Positions 45,699 to 53,642 of a stretch of 54,587 nt of DNA are shown piece after piece (the stretch's first letter is position 1; each line of letters opens with the position of its first letter). The notes beneath the pieces were generated by a model. It saw only the letters and a program-made list of their open reading frames with translations. It was not told the origin of the DNA and made no database searches. The stretch is from Patescibacteria group bacterium (GTDB lineage: Bacteria; Patescibacteriota; Minisyncoccia; UBA10092): contig JAHJZO010000029.1 of the NCBI GenBank assembly GCA_018826255.1, positions 1 through 54,587 of the forward strand, given 5' to 3'. A program made the position numbers and the translations under genes.

Positions 45699-45726
45699 CC
45701 CTCGCAAATGCGAGGGGTGTTTTTTT
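45699..45726 (+). terminator. rho-independent terminator
   Basis: CCCTCGC-AAAT-GCGAGGG followed by GTGTTTTTTT. Confidence 0.7.
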
Positions 45727-45742
45727 GTGTTAGATAAATGTT

Positions 45743-46482
45743 ATAATGTTAGAAGCTCGGTTTCTAACATTATAAATCTATCATTAACAAATTATCGTCT
45801 GAATATTCTTTGGATTGTTTGGCGATACTAGTTTCTACAAAATTTTTATATTCATTTCCAGTAGAAAATTGTTGAATAATAATATTTCGCTTTAACAATC
45901 CATTCCATCTATTTTCTTTTGAGCAATCTTGATAGCTCGACCATGGATAGGCAAGTTCCTTATTTTTCCATTTAGGTATTTCTCTTGGATTGCGATGAAT
46001 ATAGGTAGATAAATACAAAAGCTGATTATTGTTTTCAACATTTACCGCTTTATATGGGCCTTGAAACAAGTGTCCGGTCTTTTTATATTTTGTATTAAAA
46101 TACTTAGTGTAAGCGCAGAGAACTCTTTGCATATACTTAGCTATGCCGTCTTCTTTCACTTCGCGCACAATAGCATGAAAATGATTTGGCATCATGACAA
46201 AATTTACCAACTCCACATACCTTTCTCTCAGTACTTGTTGTACCGTTTCTTCCACTATGTTAAAAGCTCGGTTTTTAACATAGTGTGATGTTTGACGACC
46301 CAAATTATAAAAAACTATCGGAGACTGAAGATAAATAATTAAAAACAAAAATCTAATCCTATCTTTTTCGTCTAAAAATAGCGGCTGTTTATTGTTGCCT
46401 CTGTTAAAAATATGATAATGTTCGCCCGGAGCGATAATAGTTTTTCTCATAATATAATAATGTTAGAAGCTCGGTTTCTAAC
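45743..46482 (-). mobile_element. complete IS200-like / RAYT unit: Y1 transposase gene flanked by identical 26-nt hairpin-containing repeats
   Basis: ATAATGTTAGAAGCTCGGTTTCTAAC occurs at 45743-45768 and 46457-46482 in the same orientation, bracketing CDS 45770..46450. Confidence 0.75.
45770..46450 (-). CDS. IS200/IS605-family Y1 (HUH) transposase / RAYT-like
   Basis: PNHFHAIV (HUH) and YIHRNP (catalytic Tyr). 226 aa. Confidence 0.85.
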   Translation of the reverse strand: MRKTIIAPGEHYHIFNRGNNKQPLFLDEKDRIRFLFLIIYLQSPIVFYNLGRQTSHYVKNRAFNIVEETVQQVLRERYVELVNFVMMPNHFHAIVREVKEDGIAKYMQRVLCAYTKYFNTKYKKTGHLFQGPYKAVNVENNNQLLYLSTYIHRNPREIPKWKNKELAYPWSSYQDCSKENRWNGLLKRNIIIQQFSTGNEYKNFVETSIAKQSKEYSDDNLLMIDL

Positions 46483-46571
46483 CGCCAATGATAGAATAAC
46501 AGATAATAGATATAATAGGTAGGACTAGGTTTTAATGTTTAGGAGGCGGATTGCTTTTTTTATTTTTTCGA

Positions 46572-46590
46572 ATTACAATTGTATTGTAAT
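46572..46590. promoter_or_regulatory. perfect 8-3-8 inverted repeat (candidate operator) upstream of the dsbA-grx-trxB cluster
   Basis: ATTACAAT-TGT-ATTGTAAT, ending 19 nt before ATG 46609. Confidence 0.35.
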
Positions 46591-46608
46591 AGTAAAATAA
46601 CAAAAAAC

Positions 46609-47283
46609 ATGGAAGAACAAAGCAACAAGTTTTTAATACCGGTGGCGATTGGTTTTGCGGGGATAGTAATTGCCATTGCCGTGATTTATTCCGCTCAGAA
46701 TCCTTCTCCGAACGCGGGAAAAAATAATGAAAGAACAGCTGCTCTGGCGGCTTTGCCTGCCGTTTCTTCAAGCGATTTTGTTTTGGGAGATCAAAACGCG
46801 CCGGTGACCGTAATAGAATATGGAGATTTCCAATGCCCGTTCTGCAGCAAGTTTTTTGAAGATACCGAATCAACACTCCGGGAAAAATATATCAAGACGG
46901 GAAAAGTTAAGTTTATCTATCGCGATTTCGCCTTTTTGGGCGATGAATCGTTTTGGGCCGCCAATGCGGCCCGCTGCGCCGGAGAACAGGGGCAATTTTG
47001 GCAGTATCACGATTATCTCTACAGCAATCAAAGCGGCGAGAATCAGGGTGTTTTCAGCAAGAGTAATTTGAAAAGTTTCGCGGCGGTGTTAGGGCTTGTT
47101 CAGGAAAAATTCGATTCTTGTCTTGATTCCGATAAATACGCGGCCGCTATTCAGAAAGAAACCAAGGAAGGCGGCGAAGCCGGAGTTTCCGGGGTACCGG
47201 CTACTTTTATCAACGGAACGCTTTATAACGCTTCGCCATCCAGCGCGTTTATACAAATCATTGATAATGAGTTAAGTAAGTGA
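46609..47283 (+). CDS. membrane-anchored DsbA-family thiol:disulfide oxidoreductase
   Basis: N-terminal TM helix. DFQCPFCSKF CxxC motif. AARCAGEQGQFW is typical of the family. Confidence 0.8.
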   Translation: MEEQSNKFLIPVAIGFAGIVIAIAVIYSAQNPSPNAGKNNERTAALAALPAVSSSDFVLGDQNAPVTVIEYGDFQCPFCSKFFEDTESTLREKYIKTGKVKFIYRDFAFLGDESFWAANAARCAGEQGQFWQYHDYLYSNQSGENQGVFSKSNLKSFAAVLGLVQEKFDSCLDSDKYAAAIQKETKEGGEAGVSGVPATFINGTLYNASPSSAFIQIIDNELSK

Positions 47284-47507
47284 AAATAACCATTTACACA
47301 ACAGCCGGATGCGTGTATTGCAAAATGGCAAAGGAGTTTTTTAAGCGTAATAAAATTTCTTACGAAGAAAAAGACATTTCTGATGATAACGCCAGGCGGG
47401 AGATGATTGAGAAATCAAATCAGCTCGGAGTGCCGGTTATTGATATTGACGGACAGATTATAGCCGGTTTTGATGAAGATGTGGTGAAAAAATTATTGAA
47501 GTTATGA
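47280..47507 (+). CDS. glutaredoxin/NrdH-like small redoxin
   Basis: 75 aa. TAGCVYCKMAKEF CxxC. GTG start in a GTGA overlap with the upstream stop. Confidence 0.75.
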   Translation: MKITIYTTAGCVYCKMAKEFFKRNKISYEEKDISDDNARREMIEKSNQLGVPVIDIDGQIIAGFDEDVVKKLLKL

Positions 47508-48463
47508 TTTATGACACAATAATTATTGGCGGAGGGCCTGCCGGCGTGGCGGCCGGTGTTTATTCTGCTCGTAAAAAATTAAAAACATTAATTATAACAG
47601 AAAGTTTTGGCGGGCAATCAACGGTTGCCGAGAATATCGAAAATTGGATTGGCGCCAAAAAAATTTCCGGCATTGAATTTGCTAAGATGCTTGAGGAGCA
47701 TATTAGAGCGCAAGAAAATGTTGAAATAAAAATGCCGGAGAACGTAGTTGACATTAAAGAGTTGCCGGGTGACCCGACTGCGCGGGCAGGCTGGGAAGTC
47801 ACAACCGATAAAAATAATTCTTATCAAGCCAGGACTTTAATTGTCACTTCCGGGGGCCGCCGCCGCCGTCTTAATGTTCCGGGCGAGGATAAGTTTAAAG
47901 GCAAGGGGGTTGCTTATTGTTCAACTTGCGACGCTCCGGTTTTTAAAAACAAATCAGTTGCGGTTATCGGCGGCGGCGACACCGGTCTGGAAGCAGCGAT
48001 TGACTTAGCGCAATATGCCGCCAGGGTTTATTTAATAAGCAACAAAGAATCGCTTGTTGGCGACCTTTCAATTCAGGAAATGGTTAAAAATTCTGAAAAG
48101 ATAACTGTTATAGAAAACGCGAATGTTCAAGAAATCTTAGGCGATAAATTTGTTTCCGGCCTCAAGTATTTTGATAAAAACGACAATCAAATTAAAGATT
48201 TAGATGTTGAAGGAATTTTTGTTGAAATTGGATCAACGGCAAATTCAGAATTTATTAAAAAATTAGTGAATACCAATCAAAAAGGAGAAATTATCATTGA
48301 CCATAAGACCGGCGCAACGTCTCGTCCCGGAATTTTTGCGGCCGGCTTCATAACCGACGAAATTTACAAACAAAACAACATTTCTGCCGGGGATGGTGTC
48401 ACGGCCGCCCTTTCGGTGTATAATTATTTGATAAATAATAAAACATGGCAAAAACAAAAATAG
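47504..48463 (+). CDS. trxB: thioredoxin-disulfide reductase
   Basis: IIIGGGPAGVAAGVY FAD motif, CSTCDAPVF redox-active disulfide, VIGGGDTGLEAA NADPH motif. Confidence 0.9.
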   Translation: MIYDTIIIGGGPAGVAAGVYSARKKLKTLIITESFGGQSTVAENIENWIGAKKISGIEFAKMLEEHIRAQENVEIKMPENVVDIKELPGDPTARAGWEVTTDKNNSYQARTLIVTSGGRRRRLNVPGEDKFKGKGVAYCSTCDAPVFKNKSVAVIGGGDTGLEAAIDLAQYAARVYLISNKESLVGDLSIQEMVKNSEKITVIENANVQEILGDKFVSGLKYFDKNDNQIKDLDVEGIFVEIGSTANSEFIKKLVNTNQKGEIIIDHKTGATSRPGIFAAGFITDEIYKQNNISAGDGVTAALSVYNYLINNKTWQKQK

Positions 48464-49500
48464 CGATTAATGGTTTTGGACGGATAGGGCGCATTTTTTT
48501 CCGCCACGCGTTTGAATGCCCTGACGTGGAAATTGTCGCGGTTAACGACCTGACGGAGCCTGAAAATATGGCTTATCTTTTAAAATACGACACGGTTTAT
48601 GGTCCCTATGACAAAAATGTCAAATGTTCTCCCTATGGGAGATCTCCCGAAGGGAGACAAATGTCAAATGTCAAAAATATTTTGGTGGTAGATGGAAAAA
48701 AAATCAGGATACTACAGGAAAAGGACCCTTCAAAACTTCCTTGGAAAGAACTGGGTGTCGATATTGTCGTTGAATCAACCGGTGTTTTTGAGTCAAACGA
48801 GAAAGCGGCGGCGCATTTAACTGCCGGCGCCAAAAGAGTAGTTATTTCCGCTCCCGCGAAAGATGAAATAACTCCAACTGCTACTCCGAATGTCGGAGAA
48901 GAATTTTTAAAAAACGGCAAAATAACCTCTAATGGCTCTTGCACTACCAATGCGGCAACACCAGTGATGGCGGTGATGTCTGAAAATCCCGGAATTAAAA
49001 AAGCCGTTTTAAGCACTGTGCGCGCGTATACCGCATCTCAGGGATTGATTGATGGTTCGGATAAAAAAAATGACTACAGAAGGGCCCGAGCGGCGGCGCA
49101 AAATATTGTTCCTTCAACATCCGGAGTTGCTACGGCGGCTATAAAAGCGTTTCCGTCGCTGAATGGAAAGTTTATCGGCATTGCTTTAAGAGTGCCGATA
49201 ATTTGCGGTTCTATCATTGATTTTACTTTTATCGCTAATCGTTCTACTACGGCTGAAGAAATTAATTTTATTTTCAAAAAAGCGGCGGCCGAAAAACAAT
49301 GGAAAGGAATTTTAACAGTTACCGAAGAGCCGTTAGTTTCAAGCGATATTCTTAAAAATTACCATGGCTCTATCGTGGATCTTTCTATGACAAAAGTTGT
49401 TGACGGGGATTTAGTTAAAGTTTTGTCATGGTACGACAATGAATGGGGGTACGCTTCAATGTTGCTTAAGCATGTTTTGGCGGTAAGTAAATTATTATGA
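48445..49500 (+). CDS. gap: glyceraldehyde-3-phosphate dehydrogenase (type I) carrying a short in-frame insert
   Basis: INGFGRIGRIF. SCTTNA catalytic Cys. WYDNEWGY near the C-terminus. Confidence 0.9.
   Translation: MAKTKIAINGFGRIGRIFFRHAFECPDVEIVAVNDLTEPENMAYLLKYDTVYGPYDKNVKCSPYGRSPEGRQMSNVKNILVVDGKKIRILQEKDPSKLPWKELGVDIVVESTGVFESNEKAAAHLTAGAKRVVISAPAKDEITPTATPNVGEEFLKNGKITSNGSCTTNAATPVMAVMSENPGIKKAVLSTVRAYTASQGLIDGSDKKNDYRRARAAAQNIVPSTSGVATAAIKAFPSLNGKFIGIALRVPIICGSIIDFTFIANRSTTAEEINFIFKKAAAEKQWKGILTVTEEPLVSSDILKNYHGSIVDLSMTKVVDGDLVKVLSWYDNEWGYASMLLKHVLAVSKLL
48628..48660. repeat. two tandem 15-nt hairpin units (TCTCCC-TAT-GGGAGA, TCTCCC-GAA-GGGAGA) in frame within gap
   Basis: Units at 48628-48642 and 48643-48657. 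12-nt direct repeat AATGTCAAATGT at 48616-48627 and 48660-48671. Confidence 0.85.
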
Positions 49501-50108
49501 TGAACAGACAAATAAAAATTGCCGTTATAGTTGCTATAATTTTGATTCTTAGTTCTGGCGGTTATTTTGCTTATACAAAATACTTTTCCGCCAAAACTCC
49601 CGAAATTTCCGAAAACGAAAATATTCAGCCTCCAACGGAAAATAACGCGACATCTACTCCGGAAAAAACAACTCCGAAAGAAATTACGGTTTTACCCGGC
49701 TATAAGTTGTATAAAAATTCAGAATTTGGTTTTGAAATTCAATATCCCGAAACATGGATTGTCGATGAAGAGAATATTGAAAATGTAAGAGGCGAAAACA
49801 CAAAGGCATTTTATTTCAAAAAGCCAAATAGCGATTTACGATTTGCGATATTGCCTAGAGACGGGCTTAGTTATGGTTTACCCAGCAATGGCGCTTCCAG
49901 CGAAGTTCTTATCGGTGGCTCTTCCGGAAACCAGAGAAAATGGACGCTTCCTGATGGCCGCCGTCTTTGGCTTCTCAATCCGCGATACGGATTGTATAAT
50001 TGGTCGGAAGACATCGGCAGAATCGATATTCAATCAAGCGCGACTGACCCGGCAGGCGATATCGCTATTTTTGAAACAATGTTAAATAGTTTTAAATTAT
50101 CAAAATGA
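49497..50108 (+). CDS. membrane-anchored hypothetical protein
   Basis: N-terminal TM helix (IAVIVAIILILSSGGYFAY). No recognisable motif. Confidence 0.5.
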   Translation: MMNRQIKIAVIVAIILILSSGGYFAYTKYFSAKTPEISENENIQPPTENNATSTPEKTTPKEITVLPGYKLYKNSEFGFEIQYPETWIVDEENIENVRGENTKAFYFKKPNSDLRFAILPRDGLSYGLPSNGASSEVLIGGSSGNQRKWTLPDGRRLWLLNPRYGLYNWSEDIGRIDIQSSATDPAGDIAIFETMLNSFKLSK

Positions 50109-50551
50109 TTTACATTGGCGCTGACCACAGGGGCTATAGTTTAAAAGAAGCTATTAAAGGTTATTTATCCGCCCAAGGCGGACCAGCCGCAGGCTGGAAA
50201 GATCTTGGAGCTTTTAAGTATGACCCAGATGACGATTATCCGGATTACGCCTTGGCGGTTGCCCGAAAAGTTGCTGAAGATTCGGAAAACAGCCGCGGAA
50301 TTTTAATTTGCGGTTCAGGCGTCGGCGTTGATATTGTCGCCAATAAAATAAAGAATATTCGTTCGGCGCTTTGTTTTGACGCTAAGCAAGCGCAAGCTGG
50401 TCGCAACGATGACAACACAAACGTCTTGTCGCTTCCGGCAGATTATATTTCCGAAGATTTAGCCAAGGAAATTACCAAAGTATGGCTCGAAACGCCGTTT
50501 TCCGGAGAAGAAAATCACACAAGAAGAATTGAGAAAATTAAAAAGATTTAA
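50105..50551 (+). CDS. rpiB: ribose-5-phosphate isomerase B (RpiB/LacAB family)
   Basis: GADHRG, ILICGSGVGVDIVANK, NDDNTNVLSLP. Confidence 0.85.
   Translation: MIYIGADHRGYSLKEAIKGYLSAQGGPAAGWKDLGAFKYDPDDDYPDYALAVARKVAEDSENSRGILICGSGVGVDIVANKIKNIRSALCFDAKQAQAGRNDDNTNVLSLPADYISEDLAKEITKVWLETPFSGEENHTRRIEKIKKI
50166..50196. repeat. two 15-nt hairpin units in frame within rpiB
   Basis: TATCCGCC-CAA-GGCGGACC (50166-50184), then CAGCC-GCA-GGCTG (50184-50196). Encodes SAQGGPAAG. Confidence 0.8.
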
Positions 50552-51119
50552 GAATCTCAAAATCTTTTTTGAGAGTTTCTTTGGTGCTGTTATTGTAAAT
50601 GGCGACGGCGGGATGATAGAGAGGGATTATTGTCACTTTTTCAGCGGAGAAAATTTTGCCATGCATAATACTGATTGGCTTTAATTCGGATTCCAGTCCG
50701 AAATTTTTTATTATATAGGCCATTGAAAAACGGCCGAGCGTCGCGATTACTTCCGGTTTGATTATTTCAATCTGGCGAATCAAAAAAGGCGAGTAGAATT
50801 CTATTTCTTCCGGTAAAGGGTCTCTGTTAAATGGCGGCCGGTCTTTAACGATATTTGTGACATAGACGTTTTTTCGGTCTAGGTTGATTGATTGCAGAAG
50901 TTCATCTAAAATGCGCCCGGCCGCCCCGCAAAAGGGGCGGCCGGTAAGCGCTTCATTTTTTCCCGGCGCTTCGCCGATGAACATTATTTTTGCGTAATGG
51001 TCGCCCTCGCCGATAACCGGCAAGAAATTATTTTTAATTCTAAAATCATAAAGCGGCGAATTTTTTGCCGCCACAATCTCGTCTTTTATCTTTTTTAGCT
51101 GTTCAGTTCGGTTTTCCAT
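50538..51119 (-). CDS. family-4 uracil-DNA glycosylase
   Basis: GEAPGKNEALTGRPFCGAAG motif. Confidence 0.8.
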   Translation of the reverse strand: MENRTEQLKKIKDEIVAAKNSPLYDFRIKNNFLPVIGEGDHYAKIMFIGEAPGKNEALTGRPFCGAAGRILDELLQSINLDRKNVYVTNIVKDRPPFNRDPLPEEIEFYSPFLIRQIEIIKPEVIATLGRFSMAYIIKNFGLESELKPISIMHGKIFSAEKVTIIPLYHPAVAIYNNSTKETLKKDFEILKSF

Positions 51120-51197
51120 ATTCTAAGATTATAAAATTATTATAATAATTGCAAAAAAACTTGTAGATTTATTTTTTTGGTGTAAAATTAAATTATT

Positions 51198-52565
51198 ATG
51201 AATGGACAGAATGGGCATAATGGAAAAAATATATCCGCCACAGGCGGACCCGCCACAGGCGGACCCGCCTCTGGCGGGGAACCAAAAAAGTTTTTGTTTA
51301 TCTCATTGGAAAGTTTAAGCGGCGATCTTGCGTGGCAGTTGACCAAAGAAGGCCACAAAGTTAAAGCTTACATAAAAGATAAAGGTGATGCCGATGTTTA
51401 TGATGGTTTTATAGAAAAAGTTGATAATTGGGAATCGCACAAAGATTGGGCGGATGTGATTGTTTTTGACGATGTGGAATTTGGAGAAATTGCCGACAAA
51501 TTAAGAAAAAATGGCAAGTTAGTTATTGGCGGCAGTAAATATACCGATGAATTGGAAATGGATAGGGATTTTGGCCAAGGCGAAATGAAAAAATATGGAG
51601 TTAATACTCTGCCTCAGTGGCAATTTTCCAGCTACGATGGAGCCATTGAATTTATTGAAAAAAATCCCGAAAGATATGTTTTTAAACCCAGTGGGAATAC
51701 TCCATCCGCTGGTAAAGGTCTTTTGTTTCTGGGCCAAGAGGAAGATGGAAAGGATTTGCTTGAGCTTTTGAAACAGAACAAAAATTTATGGACTAAAAAA
51801 GTTCCGGTTTTTCAACTTCAAAAATTCGTTTCTGGAGTTGAAGTGGCAGTCGGCGCGTTTTTCAACGGCAAAGATTTTATTTTGCCGATAAATGTCAATT
51901 TTGAACACAAAAGAGTTTTCCCCGGCGACATTGGTCCATTTACCGGCGAAATGGGTACTCTGATGTTTTGGAGCGAGCCCAACAAGTTATTTCATATGAC
52001 TCTTGAGAAAATGAAACCGGCTTTGGTGGAATCCGGCTATATCGGTTATATCGACATAAATTGCATTGTCAATGGCAAGGGGATATATCCTCTGGAATTT
52101 ACGGCGCGTTTTGGCTATCCGACTATTCAGATTCAATCTGAAGGAATAACAATGCCTACGGGCGAATGGCTTTATAAATTGGCGAGCGGAGAGAGTTTTG
52201 AATTGAAAACCAAAAAAGGTTTTCAGGTCGGGGTGAGAGTTAATGTCCCCACACTTTTTGTAAAATCCACGGACAAAGAAACCATTGAAATGTATCGGGA
52301 TCTGCCGATTCTTTTTAAGAAACCGGATAATTTAGACGGAATTCACATTGAAGATGTTAAAAAAGAAGATGGCTCATGGCGAGTTGCCGGCGTATCTGGT
52401 TGCTTAATGGTCGTTACCGGTTCTGGCACCACTGTTAACGAAGCGAGACAGCAGGTTTATTCCAGAATAAAGAACATAATGGTTCAGGATATGTTTTATC
52501 GAACTGATATCGGGCTGAAATGGAACACCGATAGCGACAAGCTCCAAACTTGGGGTTATTTATGA
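51198..52565 (+). CDS. PurD-like ATP-grasp protein (phosphoribosylamine-glycine ligase-like) with repeat-built N-terminal extension
   Basis: LAWQL and EHKRVFPGDIGPFTGEMG resemble the PurD motifs ALAWKL and DHKR...GPNTGGMG. Confidence 0.6.
   Translation: MNGQNGHNGKNISATGGPATGGPASGGEPKKFLFISLESLSGDLAWQLTKEGHKVKAYIKDKGDADVYDGFIEKVDNWESHKDWADVIVFDDVEFGEIADKLRKNGKLVIGGSKYTDELEMDRDFGQGEMKKYGVNTLPQWQFSSYDGAIEFIEKNPERYVFKPSGNTPSAGKGLLFLGQEEDGKDLLELLKQNKNLWTKKVPVFQLQKFVSGVEVAVGAFFNGKDFILPINVNFEHKRVFPGDIGPFTGEMGTLMFWSEPNKLFHMTLEKMKPALVESGYIGYIDINCIVNGKGIYPLEFTARFGYPTIQIQSEGITMPTGEWLYKLASGESFELKTKKGFQVGVRVNVPTLFVKSTDKETIEMYRDLPILFKKPDNLDGIHIEDVKKEDGSWRVAGVSGCLMVVTGSGTTVNEARQQVYSRIKNIMVQDMFYRTDIGLKWNTDSDKLQTWGYL
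51232..51279. repeat. three tandem 15-nt hairpin units in frame at the 5' end of the ATP-grasp gene
   Basis: CCGCCACAGGCGGAC x2 then CCGCCTCTGGCGGGG. The first unit, TATCCGCC-ACA-GGCGGACC, matches the rpiB unit arms exactly. Confidence 0.85.
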
Positions 52566-53626
52566 GGTTACAAACATTTAGTTTTATATTTTCAATGGCC
52601 ATAACAATTATGGCGATGGTTTTCTTTTTCCCCAATTTCCAGAAATCAATAAAAAACAATACGGACTTAAGCATTAAAATCGCAACATCAACTGTAAATT
52701 TGCTGGCTACAAGTACGCCGGTCGTAAGCGAGCAGATTATAAATTTACCAATTCCAAAAAAATCTCTTCCAATATCTAAACCTATTCCTAACATTGCGCC
52801 TCTCGCGGTAGTCAAAGAGGTAATAAAAGAAGTTTCTTCAAAAAGTCTTGGAGAGTTAATCAATAGTTCGGTCGTACAGCTTTATTGCGGTTATTTCAGT
52901 GATGAGGGGGCGACATTTTCGGATATTTCGCGGGGGACGGGCATAATTATAAACCCCAAGGGCGAGATTTTAACAAATCGTCATATTATCTACGATGAAA
53001 ATTTGAAAAAAGCCAGAAATGATTGTTTTGTTTTAAAAAGCCCATTCCCAAATGAAAAATCTCAAAATCCCAAGATTTATTACTTTACCGAAATTGTCGG
53101 TTATCCCGCAGTTGAAAAATTTAGCGATTCTTTCAGCGAAGACAAATATTACAACGACTTTGCTATTCTTAAAATTATTTCAAAAATTAGCAGCGAATCT
53201 AAGGTGAATCTTATTTTAGGATTTGATTATGCGTCACTGGAGGATTATTCGGTATTGGAAAATAATAATTTATTTAATTATTTACCAATTGATTGGGATT
53301 ATAATCCAAAAGATGGAGATTTTTTAATTACTTTGGGATATGGCGTTGACGCCTCGCATATGGCTAATAAAATTACTTCAACTATCGGAAAACTTATCGG
53401 CAATATTAATACGGATGGAAGCTTAAAACCGCAAATTCTTTTAATTGAAAGCAATGCGACGGCCGGATTTTCCGGCGGAGCTTTAATCAATCCTCAATCA
53501 AAAGGCCTTATTGGATTAATCAGCTGGATAACTAGCGGCGATGAACCCGGCAAATATACGGTGGCGATTTTCCGCGATTTTTTGCGGGACCTAATGTTCC
53601 AGGACTTAAATTTTGAGTTAAAATAA
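52562..53626 (+). CDS. membrane-anchored trypsin-like serine protease (no PDZ domain seen)
   Basis: Catalytic triad contexts TNRHI, NDFAILK and GFSGGALI. ATGA overlap with the upstream gene. Confidence 0.75.
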   Translation: MRLQTFSFIFSMAITIMAMVFFFPNFQKSIKNNTDLSIKIATSTVNLLATSTPVVSEQIINLPIPKKSLPISKPIPNIAPLAVVKEVIKEVSSKSLGELINSSVVQLYCGYFSDEGATFSDISRGTGIIINPKGEILTNRHIIYDENLKKARNDCFVLKSPFPNEKSQNPKIYYFTEIVGYPAVEKFSDSFSEDKYYNDFAILKIISKISSESKVNLILGFDYASLEDYSVLENNNLFNYLPIDWDYNPKDGDFLITLGYGVDASHMANKITSTIGKLIGNINTDGSLKPQILLIESNATAGFSGGALINPQSKGLIGLISWITSGDEPGKYTVAIFRDFLRDLMFQDLNFELK

Positions 53627-53642
53627 GGTATTATGTGCTCAA

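Noticed and set aside
1-46482. Reading the two IS200-like genes as the ends of a composite transposon carrying the glycan island.
   Set aside because: Y1/HUH IS200-family enzymes move single-stranded units defined by their own hairpins and, as far as I know, do not form composite transposons. The copies are only about 80% identical. I kept only the weaker idea of border markers or an inversion substrate.
46955-46972. Hairpin GGGCCGC-CAAT-GCGGCCC inside the DsbA-like gene as another in-frame palindromic insert.
   Set aside because: It encodes the family-typical AANAARCA segment with no extra length. It is likely a by-product of Ala codons rather than an insertion.
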